In this document: piece after piece, positions 30,700-46,248 of the stretch
How the letters are laid out: each line of letters opens with the position of its first letter
Numbering within the stretch: the first letter of the stretch is position 1
Source: Blastocystis sp. Blastoise
Taxonomy: Eukaryota; Protista; Bigyra: Opalinata
DNA: 64,000 bases
Assembly (NCBI GenBank): GCA_039096225.1
Contig: JBBPEB010000002.1
Span: forward strand, 248,001-312,000
Direction: 5' to 3'
The notes under the pieces: model-generated
The model's input: only the letters and a program-made list of their open reading frames with translations
What the model was told of the DNA's origin: nothing
The model's database searches: none
Position numbers and translations under genes: made by a program

Positions 30700-32273
30700 T
30701 TATGCTCTTCCCCAGACTTCATAATCTTCTACTGTAAAATAATTTTTAGAATCAGGATTACCAGTATTCACAAATAATGAATGTTTTTGAGGAGTATTTA
30801 CTTCAGAATAAGAATATGCCTTACAATACGATTCTTTTTCTTTATTATTATTATTATATATTCTGATATCACTACCATATCCAAATGTTGGACCATACGA
30901 AGAACCACAATGTATACCAAATCTATTATCACTATCAGTATAATCATATTTAGTAGGAGGAGTACCATGTTCATTACTTAAGGTAAATAGATATTCTTTA
31001 GAATGAGATTTCCACTCTATATAAATGATAATGAATAATTATATACAATAAATCTACTACCTGAACCAGCCCAACTTTGATCTGTGTATCCTCCAAATAT
31101 ATTCATATGATTATTATGACCTTTATGTTTGATTATAGTTACTGTTTCTCCTTTATTATCACAACATCTATGAAATTCACTTACTTTATAATTATGTTCA
31201 CTTGCTCTATATATATAACTATATAATATAATAAAATATATATATATATACCTATATAATAATTTCCATTTCTTTTCTTTACCAAGCCAATTCACTAAAG
31301 AGACTTCAGCTGTTTGATCAACTATATATGAATGTGGAAATGAAAAATTAATATTCCATCCATTCTTTACGCTATTTCTTCCTTTATTACCAAATAAACT
31401 ATACATTTCATTCTCTAATAATTCTTTATTTATAGTCTTAGTTTCTTCTTTAGAAATGTAAATATGATTAGTCTTTATATATTCATAAATATAATCAATA
31501 TATGTATAATTCATCTTCAAATACATTTCATTATTCTTTTCGTCATAATCTACATATCTAAAACCATATTCATTAATAATCTTATTCCATAATCCATTCT
31601 TCTTCCAATAATTTCTTAATAGTTCATCTTTCTCATCATTTATATAAAGAATAACATCATCACCTTCTTTATATTGTATCATATTTTGATCTCTTTGATA
31701 ATGAACTGTCGTTAATTCTTCAGGAATAGGTAATTCACAATATTCAAATAAATCTAATAATTCAAGTTGATCTTTAAAATCTAATTGATCAACATTAATT
31801 TTTTTATTCATTAAAGAATCAATTAATAAAGGAAAAAGTGTTTCATCACCACAATAATCTAAATAAATATCACCATAAATATTCCTTTTATTTTCTTGAG
31901 AATTTTCATAGATAAAACTACCTACTAAACTATTTGTTATTCTTTTAGGAAGAGAATAAACTAGGCCATTATTAGTGAATCGAATATAATCAATTCCATT
32001 ATCATTATTATTCATAGTAGCATCATTTTCATGAACATAAGAAGATTCTTTGATAATTATTTGTGGATCATCACCATTCTTATCATTCATTGCTTCACAA
32101 TTTCTTACAGATTGTTTTACTAATTCATTTATAGATTCACCTGAATGAATACAGAAACTTATTGACTTACTTAAAATACCAATCAAATCACCAATCAGTC
32201 TTTCAAAATGAATTACATCCTTCTGAATATCACCAATCTTATCAGCATCAAATCCTACCTTCTCTTTCACCAT
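30700..32273 (-). CDS. TLDc-domain protein with N-terminal BTB/T1-like repeats (paralogue)
   Basis: 3 exons; WKLLYRASEH...FHRCCDNKGETVTIIK...NIFGGYT...YGPTFG...FTVEDYEVWGRA*; same intron positions as its neighbour. Confidence 0.88.
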
Positions 32274-34080
32274 TCTAAACAATAAAAGAAATAAAAGAAT
32301 AATGAAAACTCTTTTAAAAATTCTTTTTCTATCCTATATAGAGAAATTTGTTTCTCTAATTCAAAAACCTAGTTAAATAACTCTATTGTGAAATATATTC
32401 TTTTATAGCGTAAAATAAATAATAATCGTAAATATTCATTAAAACGACTTTTTCATAAATTCACGGTTATTCTTGATTTACTGACTTTTATTTAAGAATT
32501 AATCGTGATCTAAATCCATTTTTTATTCATTTTTTTAATTCCCTTATTATTCATTTAATTTATATTTTAAATGATAATTATTCCATTAAATTATTTCATA
32601 ACAATGTAATCTATAAGAATATTGTTAGAATAAACTAAAATAATCAACTGATTGTCATTCTTTCTTCAATTAGCTATTGTAGAAAATCTATCCTTCTTTT
32701 ATTATCAATCAAGATGTTCTAAGTATTATAAGTTAATATTTGCTTCTTCTAAATACCTTCATTTATTCACATTTTGGTTTGTAATCTTCTTTATATGGTT
32801 TATTTGAATATCAATCACTGTATATCATTACTCCAATAATCATAAATCACATGAATCACTAATTTAAATCAAGATTATAGTATTTCTTTTGATAATCATT
32901 CCAATGATATCATAAATTTGGTATCTTTATATATTTTTTATATCCGAAATATAATTATCTATCTATTTAATATTAATTTATTTCCTAATATTTCATTATC
33001 CTTCTAGTTTTTTTTTAAGAATCATTTCTTCTTATTATATTTTCTAAGAATTCTCCACATATAATATTTTATACTCCTTATAATCACTAAGAAAATCAGT
33101 CAATTATCTCCTTATAAACAGCTATCATCTACTGTTTTATATTATTTTCACAATCCTTCATACTCAATGATATTTAACTTATTTTTATTATCATCATAAT
33201 TTATCAAATAGGATTAATTCATACCATATGCTATTTCATTTTCTTATTCATAAATATCAATGAAATAATAAATAATATTATATTGTTTAATATATAAATA
33301 AATCTAATTCAGATATTCACTGCTCACATAACATTTTTATATCCATTTTTATCAATAAAAACTATTTATTGATATATAAATTATATTTCTTTTATTCAGT
33401 AATTACCAAAAAAAAATATATAATTCTATTCGATTTAATACAATACTATTAACATATTTATCATATTCATTGCTATTCTATCTAATTAAATATATGTTAA
33501 TAACTATTATCTAGGCAATTACTATGAATAAAAAAAATCAATACTCTTTATTTAAACAACACATCTTCTCTATTTTTATATCACTTACTTTATAACCAGT
33601 TTTATGAAACCTTAAACACAATTTATATAAATAAATTAAAAAAACTATATAATAAAAATTTCATAAATAATAATCATTTTTAATTCTTTCTGTATAATAA
33701 GAAAAGGAGTCACAAGATAATCGTCTTTTCTTTTAATACTTCATATATACCAAACAATTACAAAAATTGATACTTATCATACTTTATGATATTATTGTAA
33801 TAAAAAAATATTTAGAAATACTTATTATTGTAAAAGAATATGAATAGACACAATATATTAATTAATTTATAACATACAATAATAATACAATGTTAAAAAT
33901 GTTATATACTTAAAATAATAATATAAATATATAATTTTCATCATTATTTTATTATTTTCAATTCTATAATATTTTTTATTATATATATAATTAATAAAAA
34001 CTTAAATAAATATAAAAAACGAAAGAAGAATAGAAAATATATATAGTAATTCATAAAAATAGATATAAATACAATTTTTA

Positions 34081-35865
34081 TCATATTGTCTTGAGTTTAT
34101 ACTTCACATGATTTTCTTGAATAAATGAAGAATCATTTAATTGTTGTTTATATATATTTATTTGTTCATCCGAAATTTTATAATCTATACAAAACATTAT
34201 CGATATAGATAACTATATATATATATACTGGTAATTATAAAATCTTTCAATTTAGGAATCTTTCCATTAGTTATAAAATTAATAATTTTTGATAGCTGTT
34301 CCTCACTATAAACATCTATAAAAAAATGAAATTTCATAAAAAGAAAATTAAATAATAATATACATAATTCTAAACTTTTTAAATTTTTAGTTTTGTTTTC
34401 ATTTATACATTCAAATAATATCTCTATTTCATATTTATTCATTTTATAGTCTATATATATAAATATACACTACATTAGTTACACATATATATACCTTCAG
34501 TACCAATAATTGTATCCATAAATGAATTAGTATCATATTTACATCGAAAAATAGAAGTATTAGGATCATATGTATAATAATTGCGGTAATGAAAACCTAT
34601 AGAAATATTATTAATAAATAAGAATAGTATCATTTACTTTCAATAGCCATTAATTCAAAAGTAGTTGATGATGGAAAATTACTATTATTTATATATGTAC
34701 ATAATTCTTGAATAAAACGATTCAACCAATTTCTCTCACCATAATTTTCTATAGATATGTATAATATTTGATAAAAACAATTATTATATAAAAGAATTTA
34801 TTATAAATATCTTGATTCATGATATTATTCTTATTATCTATATACGAAACATGATAAATTTTAATTTATGGAAATTATCTCTAGTGTATACTTCACAAAA
34901 CTTATTATCCGGTATATCCCTAATGACTAGAATAATATTTATATAAATAATAAGAGTAAATATATAAGTAAATAGAATTAAAAACTTTATATATAGATAA
35001 TATATATATATACCAAGACTTAATTTAGTTGTATTATGGAAAATACCTTTGAGAATAAATCGATTTATAAAAGTCATATAGCAATCTAATAAAAATAAAA
35101 TTTCAATTAAATAATTATTAGTAAGCATAAAAATCACAAGTTTATATATATATTAATAAATACTATTTATTCTAACATAAGATGCCCTAGGAATAATTTT
35201 GAGCATAATGTTTTCTAATAATGTTAGATATTTAATGGATAAGTCTCTTGGGATACAAAAAACTATATACTTTTATTCATTTAATAATAAAACATACAAT
35301 CAATCGTTAGGCTATCAATAAAAATAATTCTATTGTTATTAAAGATATTTGATATGGATTCTAAATACTCTAAATCTAAATTCTCATCAACTATAGACAT
35401 AGTATAAAAAGCAGTATTAATATAAATATTTTCATTTAGAATATACAAGAAACACTAAAATTTTGTAAATTTTGTAATATATTAAGTTTTAAGAATCTTT
35501 CTAAAGAATTATTCATATCATCTTCCATAATATCTATAAGGATTAATATTATATATCAACTCTACAATTATTAAATATATATGAATACCTCCGACTGTAA
35601 TATCTAAACTATTAATATTTCTTTTATAATTCTCAAAATAATCTAATTTTTTGATATTTTCAGAATCAGAAGTATCAACTTTATAGTATATAAATATATA
35701 TAATAAATAGCATATAAAAAAATACGTTAAATAAAAAAAAATACTTTTAATTTCATAAAAAGAAATAAGATCTTTATCAAATAATTCCTTTACATGTGGA
35801 AAATCATAAAACAAATTATCTATATAAAAAACAAAGAAATATAATTAGATACAAAAACTTATAAA

Positions 35866-35905
<40 letters not shown>

Positions 35906-37903
35906 ACCACAACGATAAATATCAATATGAATTGAATGAGTATAAACTAGGTTATCTAAAAGAATAATTATTGTATCTTTTTGATTGCTCTCTATATGAT
36001 ATATTTTCATTGTATCAATTATTGTCATTAGATTAACAGGAAATAGAGACTCAAAATTCTTATAAGCTAGATTTAAAATAATAGTTTATTCATTAATATA
36101 TACATATACTTATTTTAATTTTGTAATTGATAATATGTAGTTGAGGAAAACATTCTTTCTTCATTGAAGATAAAGAAAAGGATTCTATATATAATATATA
36201 CTTTATATAATAATCTTTACCATCATCATATATGAGTTCAGTAACATTTGGAAATACATGAGTTGTCATTATTTTATTTAATACATTATTATCAATTTTA
36301 TGAGCCAGTTCTTTAACTATATTAAATAATTATAAAGTAGTATTATTAGCATCAATAACTACACATAAATACTTGATTGAACACTTAATATAGTTAAAAA
36401 ATCAAAAGATCCCTCTTCCAATAATTTCATAATAATTATCGCCATATTTTTTGAAATGGAATGAACTATTGTTTAATATTATGCTTATTATGTATATATT
36501 TACATGAACCATGCTCGAATTCTGAAATAGAGAAATAAGGACAAAGTTGTAATAATTGAGATATACCCCTTTCTGAAGATACTTTATTGATTCTAATTGA
36601 TATATATGTATATATAAGATAAATTAATGAATCAAAAACTTATAAATATAAATATACTGCAACGTATAATTTATTGTTGTATCTATATATAAGAATTATT
36701 AATAAAACAATTATATTATATTATATATATATATACAATCTGGTTTAATTATAATTATATCATTAAATGTATTTTGATCAGTATTTTCATTTTCTTCTAT
36801 TTGTGAACAATCATTTATATATATAGCTTCATTAATAGCATTTTTATAAAATGTATGTAGCGCATTTTCGTCTTTTCTTTTATTATAAGAATCAATTAAA
36901 TCGCGAGAATAATAAATATGATTTGTATCTAAAGAAGAAATTTTATTATATTTATTCATTTCTGATTTGGTGTAATAATCATATTTTTTAGGATAATTTG
37001 TTGTATTGTCATCACTATAGTATAGGCGAGCATATTCCATCATATAGTAATCACTATTTGGATTCAATAATAGTTTAGTTTCCTTGTAATGTGTTGTTAC
37101 TATATATATATATACTAGTTTTTAATAATACTTTACATACCAATTATTATTAATTCTTCTAATGAAGGAAATATATCATAAATACACGATGGACATATAT
37201 ATTCTATTGGAATATTTGACGCATAATCATCTATATATATTACTATTAAAATTTATATACTAATATATATATACATTCAATTATAGCTTTATCTATATTC
37301 ATCATTTTAATAAGTAGTGAATAATATAATAATTCATCTTTTCGCTGTGGAGTAAATAATAATCCTATTATATTATATTTGTAATGAATAATATACTAAT
37401 ACTTTTTATATGTATTTTTTTCTTATTTGAATTAAATAGTTCAATAAAATCATCATTCAATATGTTATTGTTATTATTATGTTCAAATATCTCATAATTA
37501 TTGTCTTTCAAATAATTATAAAACAACTCTTTAACATGAACAAATAAAACATTTTGAATTTCATTATCAAGTGTAATTGCATATTCAAGAAGTGTTTTAT
37601 ATATATCATAACCATCTCGTAGATTTAAAGAAGAAATATCCATATTATCTTCCATTAAAAACTGAATCACTTTGTCAATGCTCAATGAAGGAATATCTAT
37701 ATAATAACTACCATCCTCATATTTCTCAGAGTGTTGAACAATATCATAAAAGGTGAATTGTGGATATTTCTCAATAAATTCTTTAGAAATCCATAATTGC
37801 GTCTCATCTTGAAACGTAAACAAATCTAAAAGCATATGAATTGTTTTGATTACACTTGTATACATTTATCTTCGGTTAATAAAGACTTATTTTCTGACAT
37901 CAT
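34081..37903 (-). CDS. Lineage-specific protein: N-terminal BTB/T1-like domain plus degenerate leucine-rich-repeat-like modules
   Basis: 23 exons traced in frame; YLFTFQDETQLWISKEFIEKYP...DGSYYID; repeated FPxLxxL-type motifs (IFPSLEEL, VFPNVTEL, CFPQLHII, KIPKLKDF). Domain names are inference. Confidence 0.7.
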
Positions 37904-38279
37904 TTAAATTCAACTATAAAGATAACATAATCATACAGTATTATGCTTAAAAATACATTTCTATATAATAGATCAAATAAATACTGAAAGATTCCTTACA
38001 ATAGATTAAAAAAATGCAAAGACTTGACATTCGCAGAAAAAGGATATTTTTAGAGTCACAAAAAAATGCAATTGAATAAGTGCAATTTTGGAAATATTCG
38101 CGAGAATATTTTTTGCAAGTTTTACAAAATTTTGAAAATAAATTCAATGTATCACATAATATAGAAGTTGTAAATTATTTAACAAAACACATACGAAAAG
38201 TTTTAATACAATTTTAACAAATATAAAAAAAAAAATACAAAATGAATTCATATGACTATATTATTAATTATTATTATTA

Positions 38280-39972
38280 TTATATTTGTTCATTTCGAAT
38301 AGAACCTTCATATTCTTCATTATCTAAATGATTAATAACTTCTGATGTAGTTTTATTTGAATTTGAATCAGTAGAATTACCTTGTGTTTCATTATTTTCA
38401 GATGTTATATTAGTATTTTTATTGGTAGTACTTTTACCTTCATTAGGATCCACTTCAATAACTAAATCATTATTATTAGTATCATCATCTCCTTGTTTTT
38501 CTTCATTTGATTGAGCCATTTCTCCATAATAACCAGGATTAGCATCTACACAATCTTTTAATATTAAAGTTGGTTTACCACATTTAGTAATAAACTCTTC
38601 AGTATCTGAATTCTGACCACACTATATATAACATAGAATATATATATAAATATATTAATAGTATAATATATATATAATATATTAATAGTATAATATATTA
38701 ATAGTATAATATATATATAATATATTAATAGTATAATATATATATATAGTATAATATATATATAATATATTAATAGTATAATCTATATATACAGCTTGAA
38801 TGCATCTTTGCCATTTAGTGAATTCCCTCCAACATGGCCCGCCTTTCATAAATACACACCAACCACATTCAGCTTTTTGTTTTGGTTCATTACATCTATA
38901 TATATATATATATATATATATAATTATTAATAATTATTAATAGTTGAATATAAATGAATATATTAACATATATATATATATATATATATACTTGCAATCT
39001 TGTTTATCCCATCCTCTACCTGTACAAATTGTACTATTTAACGTTATATGTTTATCAGTTAAATCAATTCCATGAATTTCAGTTTCAGGATACGTATAAT
39101 AATCTTCAACAACTTTAGTTATCTCTTTCTCCTTTAATATATAATGATTGTTCTATTTATATTATATATTATATAATATATATAATACTTTTAAATAAAT
39201 AAAAATCATCAAATAATATAATTCATTATATAATAATAAAGATATTCTATATATATATATATATATAAATAAATACTTCCATAGAGAACATTCCAGCTTT
39301 GAATGCTCTATCTACTAATAATCTTCCATAAGCTTCACTATAAGCATGAGTATCATCTTCTCCCTCACAATCTAATACTATACAAGGATATTGATATACA
39401 CTATTCACACCATGTAAATTAACCATTAAAACATTAACATGTTTATCTTGAATTAATCCAATAATATCAATTTTAACATTTTCTTGAATAAATAAAGCAT
39501 AAGAATTGCTTTCTTCATCCTTAGGATCTAAAACTAAAGTCACACGATCTGCATGTCTTCCAGGTAAAAGTTGAGGAAATTCCTTATCAAGTTTACTTAT
39601 AGATTCTTTATCAAGGAAACAAGAAATCTCCTTAACTCCTCTAAACCATGGATTATATTCCTTCAATTCAGGATCATTTTCATCATCTTCATCTTCTTCA
39701 CTTGGCCATGTTGGAGGAGGTTCTAAGGTACTCTTAGTAGATTCTTCTTTCTTTTCTTCAACTGGAATATCCTTATTTTCTTGAGCAAATGCAAGAGAAG
39801 CTAAACCTAAGCCAGCTAATGTAACTCCAGAACCAATAGAAAGTACCTTGAGCATCGAATTACTTCTTACAGCTTTCGTACTTTTCATGCTGAAGGAACG
39901 AGTCATTTGAGCAACTCTTACGAAATTTATACTACTTCTAGATAGTCTTGTTAACTTACTATATGCAAACAT
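38280..39972 (-). CDS. Mitochondrion/MRO-targeted membrane protein with degenerate 2H-phosphoesterase-like domain and C-terminal GCK/Mia40-like CxxC + twin CX9C domain
   Basis: 4 exons; Arg/Ser-rich acid-free presequence MFAYSKLTRLSRSS...; TM VLSIGSGVTLAGLGLASLAFA; ECGWCVFMKGGPCWREFTKWQRC...KCGKPTLILKDCVDANPGYY. Confidence 0.75.
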
Positions 39973-41121
39973 TCTAATGGCAAAGAATATAAAGACAAAT
40001 AATATATTTTTTGACTTTCTGTTTCTTTGGAAAAAAAGAAAAAATAAGAACAAAATAATCGAAAACAACCAAGGACTATTTTGTTCATTTATTTTTAAGA
40101 CTTTTTCAGTTTCGATTTTTTTTTTGTTTTTTTTCAACTATATTAGGATATATACACTGTTTATTTAGATTTTTCTGTTTATTTTGTCCTGTTTTTGAAA
40201 GAGATGCATCTTAATCAATGGGGTACTAGTTAAGAATTTCATAATTATTTTTTTATTTATCTTATATGAATAATTTTTGTTTAGAAATATACTGTGAAAT
40301 GATTTGGAATATATCAAATTATATTTGCTATCATTCAAAGACATTCTAATCAACACTTAACATTATTATTTAGAAAAACATAGAAGAGAAGCCTTTTAAA
40401 CTATGTCATAATAACTACAGTCATTTCAAATTATTATTTGAAAAATAAAATAAAGAATTCTGAATAATTGTCAATATGTTTCCTTTTCTATTAATCATGA
40501 TAAGTCTGATATAGCAGTTGATATAAGCCACATATAATAACCCGTTTAATAATTAATATTTAAGAATTAATCAAAGAATTCAAAGATACTTTCAATATTT
40601 GTGTGTTATATCATCTCTTTTATCATTATAAACTCTCTTATGCATATAGTAAGTTCGACCTGATTTCTTATAGTGACCAATGTTGATATTATACTTATAA
40701 TAGACAAAAATAAGAATTCTCTAAGAAATCTATTGATTTCATGCTTCAAATAATATTTGTTTATAATGAACAGAGTGAGCTAAGAATTTTGAAATGAAGA
40801 TCTATATAAAATTAACAAAATAGCCAACGAATCATACATAAATCTGTTCTTTTTGATCATTTTAAGTGTGTAATAGTGTTTATGTACTCTATTATATAAT
40901 TTGTGGTCAATCAACTTTTGTTTTCATCCAATAAAATCATTTTAACCTACAAATGATAAATAAATATTAAAAAATGGAGATTTTTCTTTTTAGGAGAGAT
41001 AGAAAAGAAAACCGAGGGAAATCTTGTTAGCGTGTTTAAAATATTTTTGGATTATTTACTATAGTGTATGTTAATAATAGTAAATTTATTGTTTTATCTT
41101 CTTTAGATTAGTGATTTGAGT

Positions 41122-42742
41122 ATGGAAATTGAACAATCAAAAGAAAAGAACGATCAGTATGCTTTAGAATCAATTCAAGGTATTCTGAATAATCACTTAA
41201 CTATTATTTTTTTCATGTTTATAGTTGAGAGTATCGATAAGAAACAACTAGAGACCCATACATGGAAATTATTAGAATCAGCTGTTAACTGTTTTTTCAA
41301 GAATGAGACCTTTGAAGGCTCTTATGCAGACATTCTACGTGTATGTTCTTATAGTTTATTTAGGTTGTTTGATTTATGTTTCTATTCAGTTTAATCAAGT
41401 CATTTTTATTATTTATTCATATTTATAGTCTCTATATGTTCTCAGTTATTCTGGTTCTCTTGACTCATTTTATAATCAACTGAAAGTATATTATAGTAAT
41501 GATCATATGAGAATATTTTTATATATTTTTTTATCAATTGAAACTATTTTTCTTTATATGTAGAACAATTTAGAGTCCAATATACAAATAATCATTAGAA
41601 CCCTCAATGACGCAACTGAAGAGCCTCATGAATTCATTCGATTTGTAATTATTTTATATTATTAAAAATATTAATTATTAATTATTATGATTATATAGTT
41701 AGAAAATACTTGGGTGTCATTTTATAAGACAATATTAAAAATAAGAGAAATTATTATTCATTTTGATCATCTCTATTGTATTAATGTTTTACAGTATGCA
41801 TATATATTGTTTTATTATTATTATATTATTAATATATAAATATGTTAATTTATTGTTATTATATATATATATATATTTTATTATTATTATTAACATATAT
41901 ATATTATTATTTATTATTATTAATATATATAGTACTTCTTTCATTACTCTATGTCTTTCTTTTTGGACAGATGTATTTAATAATTTCCCATTATTAAAGA
42001 ATAAAGTATATAATATAATATAATATAATAATATAATATATATTATATATATATATAGATTTATATATGTTTATTAACCCTTCTTAAAGAAGATCGAGAT
42101 GGAAAACGTGTAGATATTAATGTATATAGTAAATGTATTGATATGCTTATTAAAATGGACATATATTCACGGGAATTCGAACCCAAACTTTTAGAAGATA
42201 CAGGTATATATATTTATTTATTTCAATTATTTTGGATCTACTAAAGTGAATTATATATATTATTATTATGTATATAGGAGAGTATTATATTGAGGAGAGT
42301 GATCGTTTAGTAGACGCAGGAGATATTAATATATATATATCCACATTCCTCAAACGTATTCAACAAGTATTATATATACATATATATTATTTATTAGTAA
42401 TATACTATATATATAAATAGGAAGAGGATCACAGTAGAATACTATTCCAAAACTCCTCTTTTGAATCCCTCATTTCTGTTGTAGAAGATAAATTTATTAA
42501 AATTCCTCATGATTTTGTTATTAAGAAAGGTATATATATATATTATTATTATTATTATATAGGTTTACCTTTATTATTACAAAATAATGATTTTGAGAAA
42601 GCTAGAGTTCTGTATATATATATATATAATCTACTTATATATAGATATACTTATTGTGAGAAATTAGATTTGACAAATGAATTGAAAGATACTGCTTGTA
42701 GATATATTATTGTATATATATATTATTATTGTTGTTTATTAT

Positions 42743-42777
<35 letters not shown>

Positions 42778-42959
42778 AGGGGTGCTTATGAATTAGATCA
42801 TTGTACTACAACTCTCTCTCTTATTAAGGCTCTTATTAATCTACATAGTTTATATAAGTTATTATATAAGGAATGTTTCCAAGAAAACAGTTCGATGTCA
42901 ATATCTTTATCTGCCGCTCTCTCTGAAGTTATTAACAGAGATAATAAGCTGTATATATA

Positions 42960-43027
<68 letters not shown>

Positions 43028-44569
43028 TATATATAGAGTAGCTGAAGTTATTTCTATATATATACATTCCCTTGTTTCTTCTCTTCCCTTAATGTCTAAT
43101 AATGATGTTATATCCTTCAATAAGAACGCAAAGAAACAAGAATTATCGGATAAAATTAACAGTCCTTCTTTTATTGAGGGTATTAATAATATACTCCCTG
43201 TATATAAATACTTAAATAATAAAGATTATTTCGAATCCTTCTATAAAATATATCTTGCAAAAAGACTCGTTATTGGTATATGTTTATATATATATTAGTT
43301 AATTATCTATTACAATATTCATTTTTTATTTATTATCAACTATATATATATATATATATATATTATTCATATATATTGTTTATAATTCTATATTCCTGTG
43401 ATTCTTAAGGTTCTTATGGTCATTTTCTTGCGGAACGATATATTATTCAGAGCATAAATGAATGTGTTGGAGGAAGAAATACTGTTTCTCTGACGCACAT
43501 GCTTGAAGATCTTGATAAATCTATTACTATACGAAAAGAATTTCAATATATATACAATCCTTCTATTCCTATCAATATTACTGTAATCTCTAAAGGTATG
43601 TGGCCTGATTATTCAGAGATTGAATGTGAAATCCCGCGGGAATTCTCTGATTTTGAGGATCGTTTCTTACAATATCATAAGAGTGCTCATAAAGATCGAA
43701 ATATCTCATTTATTCACGGGGATTCCTTTGTTTATGTTGATATGACCTTTAAGAAAGTATATATATATAACTAAAACTTTGATTTTAATCTATATATATA
43801 TATATATTCCTTTTATTTCTAGAATTGTTACCATTTATATTGTAGTATGTTTCAATATAATATACTAAAGTTATTTACTACTAATAAGAGTTGTAGTTAT
43901 AAAGATATTGAAACTATTGTTAAAATGGGTATATATATATATATTCAATTATATATTATATTATATTATATTATATTATATTATATTATATTATATTATA
44001 TTATATTATATATATAGAGGATGCTCTTCTTGTTCCTTGTTTAACGTCCCTCGTTACGAAAGGCATTCTTGTCACTCAAGATAACGTATATATATATATA
44101 TATAGTATATTATATCATATAATAGTATATCGCATAATATATAATATTATATATATAGAATATGACTATAACTAAAGATTCTATATTTACATTTAATTCT
44201 TCTTTCCCTCCTTCAGAATCTCTTATTAATCTAGATAGTATTGAAATCGAAAAACATAAAACGACCAAAGTAACTGAACAATCTTTATTCCATTCCCTCC
44301 AAATTCAAATTGACGCGGGAATTGTTCGTATTGTGAAATCTAAAAAAGTTATTTCATATTCACTCTTGTGTCAAGAACTCAAAAATTCACTTCTTTTTAC
44401 ACCTGACGTATATATATATATATATTTTTATATATTAATATTTAATTAATTATATATATATATTAATTTATAGCCTGCAAAGATAAAAGAACGAGTAGAA
44501 ATGTTAATTAACCGTGAATATTTATCAAGAGATCCTAATAGTCCAGATCTTTTATGTTATCAAAATTAA
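41122..44569 (+). CDS. Divergent cullin (CUL4/CUL3-like)
   Basis: Multi-exon, in frame; IYSREFEPKLLEDT, KDYFESFYKIYLAKRL, ISKGMWP, neddylation motif QIDAGIVRIVKSKK, REYLSRD near the C-terminus. Confidence 0.9.
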
Positions 44570-45276
44570 ACACTCTATTTTTTTATTATTCTTTTCTTTT
44601 ACTATATATATATATATAATATTATTTATAAACTATTCAATTATTTATCTTTACTTTCTATATTTGTATTGTTTATATACATATAAAATAAGCTACAAAT
44701 AATATACCATATAAATTCTTTTGAGTAATTCTTCATTTTCTTTTAAATTATTGAATATATTGACTATTACTCTTTGAATACTAAATGAAATAGTATATTC
44801 TTATTACTACCACATTTCTTTTATTTCGTAAGCGTGAATTACCTCAATATTGACATGGTTTCACTCAATACTGTCATTTTTCATAAAACATCAATTAACT
44901 TGAAACTAGTTCTCAAATTGATTTCAGGAACATCTCTCAATAATATCAAATAAATCCTAATTCACCAATATCAATAATTCGATTCGATTGTTCTGAACGA
45001 TGGTCAATACAAATGAATAAGCATCCTAGATCCTGAGATATAGCTCTGACACAATTAATTTCAGTTTTTACAACTCATTTATAACATTATAGTAGAAATG
45101 ATTCAAAGACCAAAATACATATGACACAATACGAAGGAAAACGGTTGTTTCAAAAAGTCATTTGCTCACAGATTTACGGGAATGCATATGAAATCAGAGA
45201 AATCTGCTATTTTTAGAAAAAGAAGAGAATAGAATTTTTATTTTTTTATTCATATAAATTATTATCTAAATACAAT

Positions 45277-46213
45277 ATGGCTACTAAATTATTATTAACT
45301 CTCGATGCTAAGTTTACTACTGTTGATGACAACGAAACTTTCCATGATTTAAAGATCATGTCCGACAGAACTGTTGCTGATGTACGTATAATTCCTTTAA
45401 TACTTCCTTTGAAACCTATCTAATCATTATCTCTATCAATATATATAGATGTTTAAACTCATCTGCGGTCAATTAGGTATTGCTCATGATTCTCCCATCA
45501 AAGTGTCTGTTAACGATACTATTTATCATGCCGACGATACCAGAACTCTTAAAGAAGCTGGTATTGAAAGTGATGATTTCGTCAATGTTGATGTTTTAAA
45601 GAGAGGTGGTACCACTATTCCTCCTCAAGTTACCTTTATGGATTTATATAATGCTCTTGGTGATAAATTACGTACTATGACATTCAATGAACAAGAAGGT
45701 ATAGAATTAATTGTTATTATTATTTATCATTATTTATTATTGTTATTACTCTTATTATTATTATTATTTTTATTATTTATTATTATTTTATAGCTGCTCC
45801 TAAGACTGAAGCTACTTCTAAGTCTGAAGAAACTAAACAAGAAGATACTCCTGCTGCTTCTACTCCTGCTCCTGCTCCTGCTTCAACTGGATTTAAAGTA
45901 TCTTTTGGTTCTAAACCTACTGCTGCTCCTGCTCCTGCTCCTGCTCCTGCACCTGCTTCTACTGGATTTAAAGTATCTTTTGGTTCTAAACCTGCTGCTT
46001 CTACTCCTGCTCCTGCACCTGCTTCAACTGGATTTAAAGTATCTTTTGGTTCTAAACCTACTGCTGCTCCTGCTCCTGCTCCTGCTCCTGCACCTGCTTC
46101 TACTGGATTTAAAGTATCTTTTGGTTCTAAACCTACTGCTGCTCCTGCTCCTGCTCCTGCTCCTGCACCTGCTTCTACTGGATTTAAAGTATCTTTTGGT
46201 TCTAAACCTACTG

Positions 46214-46248
<35 letters not shown>

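Noticed and set aside
32300-34000. Possible decayed gene in the 1.7 kb gap between the TLDc and BTB-like genes
   Set aside because: No ORF, splice pattern or motif I can support by eye.
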